Shown here: one piece after another, positions 48,199-60,016 of the stretch
Position numbering within the stretch: position 1 is the first letter of the stretch
Layout: the number at the start of each line of letters is the position of its first letter
Notes under the pieces: generated by a model
What the model was told of the DNA's origin: nothing
Databases searched by the model: none
Seen by the model: the letters and a program-made list of their open reading frames with translations, nothing else
Made by a program: the position numbers and the translations under genes
DNA from: Marsupella aquatica
Lineage: Eukaryota; Plantae; Marchantiophyta
Length of the DNA stretch: 64,000 nucleotides
Direction: 5' to 3'
Assembly: GCA_973895155.1 (NCBI GenBank)
Contig: OZ316897.1
Location: 15,995,375-16,059,374 of the forward strand

Positions 48199-48782
48199 TT
48201 ATACTGGCTGCAGTTTTTGAGGTAGGGAGAAAGGTTAGAAGGGAGAGGGATCAAACCAGAAGTTTTTCTTCATCGCAGACGGAGAGGCCTGCGCACCAGA
48301 GTTGCAGTAGACGGTAAGAGAGCAATCACCAAACGCCGTAAGTACAAGTTAGAGAAACGCCCCAGCTCCTGCTACATTCAAGTGGGTGAATTCATGGCTT
48401 CTCGCAGTAATGGGCTCCACTAATTAGTGAACCAATTGGACAGATGAAGGGATCCAATCTGCATTGCTCCAGATTGGCAAAGAATTGGACACAACTCGGA
48501 ATGTCTTCTTACAAGCACGGTGTGTGCTGTCGACGGATTTTCTCGACTTAACCATTTCCGTTGTCATCATCTACAAACTCGATCCAATCCCAGCTTACCG
48601 GAATGTCCCTAAGAAACCCTTAATTAAGTGGATTGTAATCAGAATTTGGACCTCAGATTTCCCAAAGGATGCTCCAGGGAACCCAATTTCACAAAATTCC
48701 ACCTTGCCTGGGTGAAATACTGGGGGTGTCTCAAACAAGCTCGTACCCGGAGGAAACAAGCTCATACCTGGGGGTTTCCGGT

Positions 48783-48948
48783 GTGACCGGAATGATGCCG
48801 GCCGGCCGGAAATTTGTGGTTTCCACAAAACTTGACTGTCGGTAACTCGGGCGGTCAGTACACCCCTGTGACCGGAACGATGCCGGCCGGTCGAGATTTG
48901 TGGTTTCCACAAAACTTGACTGTCAGTAACTCGGGCGGTCAGTACACC
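48783..48948. repeat. ~84-bp tandem duplication
   Basis: tgtgaccggaa.gatgccggccgg..ga.atttgtggtttccacaaaacttgactgtc.gtaactcgggcggtcagtacacc occurs twice. Confidence 0.9.
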
Positions 48949-51054
48949 AGCGTATGCAGCAAAAGTTGTTTCGCGCAATATTTGTTGGAGCCCTTCAAGA
49001 ATTGACAGTGAATTCAAAAGTTGTTGGCACCCAGTTGGCCTGTGGGAGTGTGTTGAAACCTTGTGGAGTAAATTGGCCAAAAGTTGGGTTTGGTCTATGT
49101 CTAATACATGCATTCCTTAGAACAGCAGACTGGAAAAAAATGTGAAAGCAAGATAGAGACACCCTATTGTACTCATCAATAATATCCTTACTATATTGTG
49201 ATTCATTCTGTTCAAACAACACCTCTTTATCATTATCCAATTGTTATCATTCAAGCTGGATAAGCTTTTTTTCTGGAATCCTAACCTCACTCAGCTTAAT
49301 TGCATGAGTAGTCCCTAGAATGAAATACTGAGGCTTCCCTACCAGGCATGGTCAATGATTTACACATCATGGTAAGTCAGTGGTCCTAACACAAGCTACT
49401 TACAATTCTTACAGATGTTGTGATTTTGTGCGGGCACACCATCCATGTACAATCCGTGCAGATGTTGTGATTTCGTGCAGGCACAGCATCCATACACGAC
49501 CAACATGGTTTGAACCACTGTTGGGAGGGTATAATTATCCTTTCTGTTAAACTTATAGGGTTAGGTATGGTGGCTTAAGTAAACTAGAAAGGGTAGGGTA
49601 TCAAGTGGATATATATCCCAACATTGCTGACAAGCAAAGTTTGCCCCTAATGACCATAAAGTTTGACCTAATGACTCAGATAGACCAAGAATGTTCGCCT
49701 ACCATAGGGAAGTTGCTATCTGAGTACTGATGTTTCAAAATGGTCCATGAGAGGTTGATTCAATTGAGCATCTTTACAAGCTCTTTACTTGAAGGGAACT
49801 CTGTTATTTTATAAAAAATCTAATAATTCCCTAGCATAATTAGGGAATTCAATAATTCCATTCAAACATAATTAGAAGCAGGTTAAGGCTGTCAAACCTC
49901 CCACATATAACAATGTTTAACAAGATGCTTGAATAGACCCTTTCTACTCAAATGCCATCTTTGTGGGTGTTGATGCTCGGATGGACCACAATGTTTGACG
50001 CCAATATGGACCGAGCATGTTTTGACACAAAAAACAGTGAGCATTAAGTTATGCCAAGGGAAGATGCTAGATGAGCAAAAATGTCATGTTCCAGAGTGGT
50101 CGTTGCGGGTTGCAATGGTCTTTTCCTTTTTTCTTTTTTTAAATTAAGGATAAATCTGTGAAACAAAAAGAGAAGAGTCAGCCCCAATAGTTGAACCCAA
50201 GACCTATCGGTCTCTACTCAAATGAGCTATCACAAAGTCATGTCTCTCTGTCTTTCTAAGCCTCCGAGCATCTTGTCAAAGTTGATTGTTCACGTGAGCT
50301 TTGTTTTCCATCTTTGTGAGTGTCAAGAATTGCTTTGGTCTACGAGAGTCTTGAAATCAAACCGGGAGTCAAACTTTGTGATTCATTCCCCAACGACTGC
50401 ATCAAATCCTGGTCAAGTCCCCACCAATGTGGTGAGCTACTACTATATAGTATTCCAAAATTAAAGTTCAACAGAGTGAAATCTCAATTGAGGACATCCA
50501 CCTACTTGCCTGTAGCTCCCAATTATTAGTAAAAGTGGAGAAGAATCTTCTTGAAGAGGTGATCCAGATTTTGACGGGGCATTATGCTCCCAGAATGCCA
50601 TTCAAAGTGAGGAAGGGCACTAAGTTAGAGCAAAACAGCCTTCGATATATATCATACTGGGGAGAAGACAGAAATGCCTAACGGAGAGATATGAACCCAC
50701 TGGCAAAAAAGGTCATTAGACCCATCCGCAAAAAAGGTCATTAGACCCATCCGCAAAAAAGACCCAATAAAGGAAGGAAAAAAAGGGAAAAAAGGAAAAA
50801 CCCAAAGACTACCAAAGAGTCCTTATTTCACTCAGGATTGTGTGTATTATTTGGAAAGATTGTCCAAGACACCCCCCCCCCCCCCCCCCACCACCACTGG
50901 CAAAAAAGGCCCTTTTATCCCATTGGCAAAAAAATCCAGTAAAGGGGAGGAAAAAGGGGAACGACCCCCAAACGACCAAAGAGGCCCAATATTTAGTTAT
51001 TTCGCTCGAGATTATGTCCATTCTTTGGCCTGATTGTCCTCTCGGAAGGGCACC

Positions 51055-51236
51055 CAAAGATCGGAATCCGAGAAGAGAAGAGAAGAGAAGAGAAGAGAGT
51101 CAGGCTTTTCGCATTGCAACCAAAGATCGGAATCCTGGAAGAGAAGAGAAGAGAAGAGAGTCAGGCTTTTCGCATTGCAACCAAAGATCGGAATCCTGGA
51201 AGAGAAGAGAAGAGAAGAGAAGAGAGCTTTTCGTAT
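51055..51236. repeat. ~60-bp tandem repeat (~3 copies) with an internal (GAGAA)n tract, just upstream of the AnPRT ATG
   Basis: ccaaagatcggaatcc..gaagagaagagaagagaagagagtcaggcttttcgcattgcaa units. Confidence 0.92.
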
Positions 51237-51303
51237 TCTGCGTTTCCTCAAGCGCATTCTTCCAAACGTACACTCAAGTCATTGGATTTGCAGTGCGCTA
51301 GCC

Positions 51304-54300
51304 ATGACGAGTCTAGCTCATGGCCTCGCCATTTGTATGCCCATAGCTCGTGCTGCTCCCGTTGCAATGCAGCAGGATCATCGCCGGTGTGTATCTTCTC
51401 TTCGCCTCAGCTGGAATGCCCCGCTGACCCACATTCGTGCTGCAAAGTTGACCGCGTTTGCATCAGTGGCCGCCTCGAACAATGGATCCGCAACGCTCTC
51501 TGTTCCTCAGGTACTGATGCTGGTGTAATGACCTTACCTTCAAGTTGTCAACTGAAATTCGACTAATACCCTCCGTTGAGGTTTAAGAACGACTGAATCC
51601 ATGACTTTTGAAACAGTAGTTCACTAGTTTATGGGGATGCAATCAAGTTACTGGACTGCGAAATTGCGATTTGAGGGATTGGCATTTGTGCAAATTGGCA
51701 GCGCATTGTGGTAATGGAGGGAGGAGAGAATAGAAAGTGGCAACGTTTTAGATGATCTGATTGCATCGGAACAATCGAGTCGAGGCAGAATTCTTAGAGG
51801 AGGTGCTGATTGCTTAGTCGCTGGCATGATTCCGTCGAGAGGTTGGGTGCATTGTCGAGGCACATTCGGGAGGATTCTCGATTCGTCTGTAGTCTAGAGG
51901 GCTGTGAGCTGTGGGCTGGCTTTGCGCTCTTGGGGTGAATTCGGAGGGTTTTGTGATTTTCAGGATTTCGATTCTTTTAGGCAACTTGAATCTCTGCGCA
52001 GTGCAATTGGCCCACATTAGCGGAGAAAGAATTAAGGAATGGCATTTATAATATAATAAATACCAAGTAGTGAATGGTTGGAAGTCCATCGAAGAACAAC
52101 AGAGATGAATACGTCTCAGTGACATATCAATCAAATAAAATATAAACTGAGAATTGCTCCCTGAGAACGTGATCCAACATGGAGAAAACCCGCATAAACG
52201 AATGCATTGGCGGGACCGAGGGCTATTTCGCTTAGCTCGATTCATCTTCTGAGAAACTTTTATGCTATCACCCTATCAATGTCCAGATTATCAGCAGTTT
52301 GTGACATTGTTTGGGCCGAAGCATAGTCCAGATGCACTAGGACACGAGTGACTGTAGAATCTAAGAATAATCCAAGTTGAATCAGGTTTGAGCATGGTTT
52401 GTTGACGGTGATCCATGGTGGTAACACAGGTCCTCGAGCAGTTGGTGGACAAGATAGACCTAACGCAGGAGCAATCAGAAGTCTTTATGAACGATTTGCT
52501 CTCTGAAGCTGACGCAGCCCAGATCAGTGCTTTCCTCGTACTTCTGCGGGCGAAGGGGGAGACCGCGGAAGAGGTTTGTTTGCTTGTTTGTTTCTGCTGG
52601 CCGTGATTCAATGAGCTTTCGTGTCTTTCAACAGGATGTGGAGGTACAAATGACAAGTTCTCACATCGAAGAATCTGTCTCACAAGCCCAGTTGATTCTG
52701 TAGCACCATGTGATTACCACACCGCCTCTGGTCAATCCAACTCAGCACCTTGCTGTCCCTTCCTGTTGATGGATCTGTGGCGAGCTCAATTGAGGGCATG
52801 TGTCAGTATATGTGGGTGGGGAAGCTCTTTTGGCTGTGAGCTTTGCGTAATTGGCCGAGTATCATACTGAAGCACTTTCCATGAAGTTATGCAGAGTTTC
52901 AGCATTGACACTGGAAATCTTATTCTTGTTTGTCAATTTACACCGCTACAATGACTTATATCCAGATCACAGGGCTGGCAAAAGCAATGCTCAGACGCTG
53001 CATTTCTGTCAAAGGAGTGATCGGAGGTTTAGATATTGTAGGAACTGGAGGAGATGGGGCGAACACTGTCAATATCTCAACTGGATCTGCTATTCTTGCT
53101 GCTGCTGCGGGGGCAAAAGTTGCCAAGGTACTTACTCTTGCCCAACGGTTCCTATCCTATGATTTGGCAATATTCTCAATTAGAGCAGATCTCTCGTATA
53201 GGGCATATTGGACAAAGCGTTTTTATTATTTTTCTTGTTATTCTGCCTTGCTGGTTCTGAAGAGCTTTCATGTGGGGACTTTCATTGGCACAGCATGGCT
53301 CTCGGTCCAGTTCCTCGGCATGTGGGAGTGCGGATGTTTTAGAAGAACTCGGGGTGGCTATCAATCTTGGGCCTGAGGTTCTCATGAACCCAATCCCTTG
53401 TTGCTTTGACCTTCTTAGAAAGCATAACAAGATTTTGTAGCGTGAGAGTTCAAGCTTTGCTCTAAGTATCAAACTTAATACTTTCGTCAAGTCCTCGCCT
53501 ACTTAAATTGCAAATCGCAATTCATATCTAGTCAGATGTTAAGATATTATTATTATAGGAGAAACGTTAAGTTCAAGTCATAGCGAGACAGACATCATAG
53601 ATGCATTACAAAACAGTTCTAGGTTGACGCTCATAAATATGTCAAAAAATAAAGAAGCTTTAGATTGTCGTTCCGTCTGAGTAAGGCTTCTTGGAGGAGG
53701 ATGTCGAATATCTGTCTCACTTCTTTCCATTTTTGCTTAGCACTTAACGTTTTTTATGTGATGGTTTGTGCTGAGCAGGGAGTGAGTAAATGTGTGAACG
53801 AGCTTGGAATTGGTTTCATGCTAGCGGCCAACTACCACCCAGACATGAAGGCAGTTGCCCCTGTCAGAAGGGCCATTAAAATAAAGACGGCTTTCAATTT
53901 TATTGGGCCAACGCTTAATCCGGCAAGGGTGCCTTATGCGATTGTTGGCGTCTACCGCAAAGACCTTGTAAGTTAAACGGTAGTTTGACCCAAGATAAAG
54001 TTGCGCTCCTCTTTAATATCGATCTTAATTTACCGAAGATGAACTTTTGGTAGAAGACTTGTTTCCTCGTCAACTTGGAGCTCCAGTTTATCAAAATAAT
54101 GGTAGACCAATCAAGATAAGACCATGTCAGGTGAATGTTTCCAGTAACATGGGGTTGTGGATGACTGTTCGACTCCTTGCTTGAAATGTTGGGTTGGGTT
54201 CTCGCACTCGTTTAGCGTTGGTTAAAAACTCTATCAGAAGAAAATTTGATCGAAGGGTTGATAGATGTCGTTGACTCCTTGCTCTAACGTTTACGGTTTG

Positions 54301-55685
54301 GTTCCCTGCACTGCTTGTACCATTGGTGACAATTTAATCTAGAGAACATTTGATTACTGCTTTCTCCATTGTGCGTGACTCAGGTAGAAAGAATGGCCAA
54401 AATTCTCCAACAATTTGGTGTTGAGAGAGCGCTTGTTGTGCATTCCGAAGGCTTAGATGAAATGAGCCCCATTGGTAAACTCACTGCTGCAGCAGTATTC
54501 TTTCGAATTTATTACGCTCTTGATATTTTTAAAATATGCCCACGATGGATTTGTGATTATCTGTGCGCTGTGTCGATGTACAGGTGGTGGATTCGTGCTG
54601 GAAGTCACGCCGAGCAAAATTCAGCAATTTGAGTTTGACCCCTGTATGTTGGTCGTTCCCTCCAATACTCGATATGAAGAAAAGAGAAGAATTTGATTTT
54701 AAATGTATGTCTTGCATCGATGCTTGCACAAAATTACCATCCTATGTTTGGTCACTTTTTGTTCGGTGGCAATCATGTCAGTGGATTTTGGGATCCCTCG
54801 CTGTACCGTCAATGATCTGAAAGGAGGAGACTCGACCCTAAATGCAAAGATTCTTCGGGATGTCCTTGCTGGAGAAGAGGGTCACGTTGCAAATGCTTTG
54901 GTAGGTTCCTTCTCCAATCCCCACTCAGGTCCTTATTCTCTGTGGCAGTCCTTTTACTGTGGGCATAGTGCTGTATCATCTAATAGGATTTGGTAGATTG
55001 TAACAGCTTCTCATTCATAACTTGTGTGGTTTGTTTGTCATGCAAACATACATATATATTGATTGGTGAACACACTGTTTTCCCTCGGCTGGCTTTTTGT
55101 GTAGATATTCAAATGATAGGATAACGTTAGGTGGCAGAGGGTGAAGCTTTCTGGGATTATCAGTATTTCTATGCCATTTGAGAATCTTACCGTCTTCTGT
55201 TGGTTATGTTGTAGATCTTGAATGCTGGAGCGGGACTGATGGCTTGTGGAGTCACCAACAGCTTGCAAGATGGGGTGGTACTAGCTAGAGAAGTGCAGCG
55301 TTCTGGAAAAGCCAATGATTTGTTGGATTCTTGGATTGCTCTCTCCAAGGTCGGTCACGAGTCTTCGCAGTCACCCTGTTTCTTGATTTTTCATGTAGAA
55401 GCTATTGACAATTGTTGTTTACTGATACGCAAATAATGTTATTTACAATTCTAGGTTTCTGCTTTAAAGCCAACAACGCATCTTCTCAATTTAGGATCTG
55501 CACGTTCAAAATATGATGTCCGGACTGTTGTAGTCAAAAGTGATAAGCAGGAGTATGCAAGTCCAAGATCACGATTTCATTCATATCTTACCATTGGAGA
55601 AAAGGTAGCAAATGTACTTGTGGACCAAAGGTTTTCAAAATCTTTTTGTCATGTGCAGACACTGTATCGGCTGGAGAATTTGTGA
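51304..55685 (+). CDS. PAT1: Anthranilate phosphoribosyltransferase, plastid-targeted (~405 aa, 10 exons)
   Basis: GT-AG exons 51304-51510, 52430-52573, 52966-53127, 53294-53377, 53779-53967, 54384-54474, 54584-54643, 54782-54900, 55215-55349 and probably 55659-55685 splice in frame. Motifs [77 protein letters not shown]. Ala/Ser-rich transit-peptide-like exon 1. The last exon is the least certain. Confidence 0.95.
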
Positions 55686-57156
55686 CTTGAGTTCTCGGCG
55701 ATTGCACCATCCAGTATCCTTTGCTGTACAGAAGTGCTGCAATTTGGATGTGAAAGGGACGATTTGGATCATAGTTGTAGTTTTATTATGAGTTGGCTTC
55801 ATTAGTGCAAAATAATGTGTTCTGGAGGGACTGTCTCCTGGAGCTAGGGACAGGCATCAACTGTGTCACAGAACATGAGCAGCAGCGCATATGGGATCTG
55901 GATTGCGATCCACGAGCACGAATCAGAATGAGCAAATGTGATGACTTCTGTGGGCTTGGGAGCAACAAATATATGCGGAATAAGTCGGTTCTAGTTGAGA
56001 TGTAGCTACGAGCTTGCGCTGCAATGCAAGACAGTTGAGTGATAAGATATGTGGAAATTTCTCTCGGCGGAAATTTCATTCAATTTTGTAGTACATCGTT
56101 CTTCAAGTGTGGATCATTTGGTCAGAGCTGTTGCCATGTACAAGAACGGTATGTAAGGTCGAAGTGCACAATGGTCCTGCCTTAATTCAGGACGAGACCA
56201 AACAAGAGTCGAATTACCACGAAAATGAAGGCAAGCCGAAATCCTCTATTAAATGGGTACAAGGAAAATTCTTGTCATCTACCAAATCTGAGAACACTCC
56301 ACCATAGGAAAATTATTCATCAATCACAAAACGAGTGGTGGAAATACCCAAAACCTCAAAATGTGGGCAACCAAAAACAGCCAGTAGCCCAATACCGGAA
56401 ATACCATTTTGTCTGAAAGAAAAATATAACTCCCAGTCTCCTTCAGAATCTCATCTTCTTTGGAGTTGTCACTGTCACAAAGGCCCTTCATCAAACGTCC
56501 CAGTCACTCAATTGCAGCCCCAAGGGCGACGGCATTTCACACAAACAATCCTACTAGTGGCCAAGTCCTATGTTCGTCATGGTTGAATGTCCACTACAAG
56601 TAATTTTGCAATCAGCGAGAACATGAAATTATAATCGACAGTGTGAATGGCCCATGGATTTGCTTCAGCTAAAAAGCAAAGTCTCGTAAAGCCAGCCTGA
56701 GGAATTGCCTCCATCGTACTACTGAACTGTCGATCGTTCACCTGCGATAAATGATTTTGCTCCCCAATAATATAAAGGGCAAGCACCTGTTACCACGAAG
56801 GAGGGACCATCAGTAGACAACAATCATGCCAGAGCGATGGTCTTGTCAGAAAGTACTGTCAAGCCAGAACTCGTCTTCTTGCTTACGAAAGCTTAAACCT
56901 TGATAACGTAAATTGGCAATAAGTAGACGATGGTCAACGGAGGAGATTAAGAAAACATGTCCTCTACGCTGCGGCAGAGTGACTGGGAGTCGTCGTCGAT
57001 CTCGTCACATTTGTGCTTCGGAGGCCACAGAGACAGAGAGATCAAATTTGTAATTACTCCAAGGCACAGGGCAGGGGACATCAATATCTCTTAGTGGCCA
57101 ACTATTGCAAGATTAAAAGGGGTTATTGATTCCATCAAACTCTCCTGTGATGACAG

Positions 57157-58761
57157 GGAGATGTGAACAATGAGACCTTGGGCTACTTCATTTCAAGGAC
57201 TTACTTGTTTCTCATAATGCTTGGAATCAGCAAGGGCCGCCTGAGATTCAGGCAACATTTGCAAAATGAGATGGCCCATTATGCAGCAGACTGTTGGGAT
57301 GCAGAAATAGAATGTTCATATGGCTGGATTCAAGTGGCAGGTTTGGCTGACCGATCTGCATATGACCTGAAGGCACACTCGGTGGGTACTATGTTCAGAT
57401 AATTATGTGATACAATGTTTGCAAATGCCTCGAGGTTTGGAGTACATTTTCGTTACAAGGATTTTCGGTAAAGATGTAGCAGGGATATTTGATGAGGCCA
57501 TACCCACACGGTTGGTAATTTCAGTAATAGTCGTGAGGATCCCTTCTTAAACCTGCAGGAAAAAGGCAACGACACTTTGGCTGCGTTCGTGAAATATCCA
57601 GAAACTGTTGAATTTGAGGTAATAACTGCCTCACTTGCGGACATTCGTGTGACAACGTCAGGAGCACTCTTTCCATCAATGTTTTCTGTTCCTTGGTTGG
57701 GGGTCAAGATATTACTTAAGATAGTGCGCATTTGGGAGGTGGGTGTCCCGTGTATCTCCGGAATTTCCTGCAGGGATGCTTTTCCTCTGCTGTGATGGTT
57801 CCAGAAATTAAAAATATCACCGAAGCGGCAGCTGCTGGGGCCGGCATTTAAGAAGGATGCCAAAGTTGTTGCACAAGCACTTGAGGTACAGTTTCCGGTG
57901 GGTCCTTGTAACTTCTTGTGATACACTTCATTTCAAGGATAGTCCTGGTTGTGTCTTGGATGTGTGTTTCGGAGCATACAAATGTTTGGTTGAACTATTG
58001 CGAGCAGGATATGAAAGAGGAGGAGGCTCTGGAGATGAAGACAAAATGGAAGCAGATGGACAAGCTCCACTGCTTATTTGCACTACAGGGCAAACAGTAA
58101 CAATCACAAATGACCAGGTATCTATATGCAAAGAAGTCGTCAAAGAGACAGGCAAGAGGTTCACTCCTGGAGTTATCAAACCATCTTTCGGAATATTGGC
58201 AGAATCATATACTGCTTGTATGAGCATAGTTTCTACACTCGACCAAGTAAGGACGGCGAGTAACAATTGACGGTCTTCCGTTTCCCTCCAGTTGTGGCTC
58301 CCATAAAATGCACTATCTTTCCTTTGGTTCAAAACCAGGATCTCAATGCCGTTGCTAGAGACATCTCTGTTGCTCTCACTCGGGCAGGAATTACTAGCAA
58401 AATAGATCTTACCGGGAACTCAATCGGCAAAAGGTATGCAAGGACAGATGAACTGGGGGTTCAGTTTGCAGTAACAGTAGATTTTGAGTTTAAGGAGACT
58501 GTCACACTTCGAGAAAGGGACTCGAAGGCTCAGGTGCGGGTACCCTTATCAGAAATTGAAGATGTCGTGAGAGATGTTGCAGAGGGTACTCTGTCATGGC
58601 AAGAGGTACAATCAAGGTATGAAAGGAAACAAGTCTCCTGTGTATTGTCTACAGCGTTCATTAGGAAATGGGTAACCATCCTCTTCCACACCATTTTAGC
58701 CTGGTCCTGTTGTGAGAGAAGAAAACGTTCATATCATCGAACGACATCAAGACAGCCCTAG
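57157..58761 (+). pseudogene. Glycyl-tRNA synthetase (eukaryotic alpha2 type) unprocessed pseudogene, C-terminal half only
   Basis: Exons 57157-57381, 57559-57618, 57805-57885 and 58008 onward. [62 protein letters not shown]. 1-bp frameshift ~58045, 2-bp frameshift ~58193, TAA at 58261-58263. No N-terminal exons recognised upstream. Confidence 0.9.
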
Positions 58762-59009
58762 AGGATCACTTCTAATACTTAAGTTCGCTGAGGAATTTCC
58801 AGTGTATGGTACTGTGTGTTTTAATAAATTACTCTTCATAGCCTTCTCTTTGGTTGCTGGACAAGTTGCGTGCATTACATATCAAATATTTAGTGCCAAA
58901 AGTGACAAATACTTTTTAGAAAGGTTGGATCTAGCAAATTTTTGCCACTAGGGAAAAACCCTGGTTGGAACCCTGGCCAAGATAAATTACAAAGAAACAA
59001 TTATTAATG

Positions 59010-59550
59010 TCCTCTAAACTACAAAACAAACAAGTGGTGGTGTCCCTAAACTAAAAAGGAAAAAAAAGCTTGACACCCAATACTACAGAGGAAATGAAGT
59101 GGCGCCCTTTTAACTACATAGGGAAAAAATGTGGCGCCCCCTAAACTACAGAGAAAAAAGGAGTGGAGTCCTTAAACTACAAATGGTAAAAATAGTGACT
59201 GTCCCTCCCCCAATTACAAAGGAAAAAGAAGTGGCAACCCCTAAACTACAAAGGAAAAGAGAGCAGCATCCCCTAATATACAAAGGTAAAAAGGAGTGGC
59301 GTCCTTAAACTACAAAGGGAACAAGAGTGTCACCCCCTAACTACAAAGGAAAAAGAAGTGGCGTCCCCTACCCAAGAAAGGGGAAAAAAAGTGGTGTCCC
59401 TTAATATACAAAGGAAAACTAGAGCCACGTCCCAACACTACAAAGGGAAAAGGAGTGGCGCCCCCTAAACAACGAAGGAAAACAGAGTCTGTGGTGTCCC
59501 CTAAACAAGAAAGGAAAAAATGGAAAAATGAGTGTCGCCCTCTAAACTAT
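59010..59550. repeat. Degenerate ~30-bp minisatellite
   Basis: Consensus approximately CCCTAAACTACAAAGGAAAAAGAAGTGGCG, repeated roughly 17 times. Confidence 0.9.
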
Positions 59551-59581
59551 GGTCTTGGGACGGCACTCTTTTGGACACTTA

Positions 59582-60016
59582 GAGCATCTCCTGCGCTTTT
59601 AAAGGGTCAATTTCCTCTAAACTCAAGATATAGCCCATCATTTTTGGAGGCCTAGAAATTAAAAAACTTTTCATATTGAATTCAATCACCAAGGTTCACC
59701 TTCTCTGGCCTCTATCCCTCCAAAATGAAGTGTTGTCATAACTAGGTTCAAGATCTCAATCATATCTAGGATCTTGTGACATGTGGTGAAATCTTTGACA
59801 CTAGATGAGAATAGAGGTTAGGATAAAGGTCTCTCTCCTGGCTGCCATTTTTACCAAATATGGAGTTCAGGAAATATGAAAATGGAGGCTGGCTCCCATT
59901 TATTTAGGGATAGGGGCCACTAGTGGGAAGCAATCCCTCCAAATTCAAACCCTATATCCCCTATATGTTCTTTTTAGAGGTTAGAGGTGCATTTGACCCT
60001 ACTGCTGGAGATGCTC
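59582..60016. mobile_element. PIF/Harbinger (Tourist-type) MITE
   Basis: TIRs GAGCATCTCCTGC...GCTGGAGATGCTC (12/13 match). TTA TSD at 59579-59581 and 60017-60019. Confidence 0.9.
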
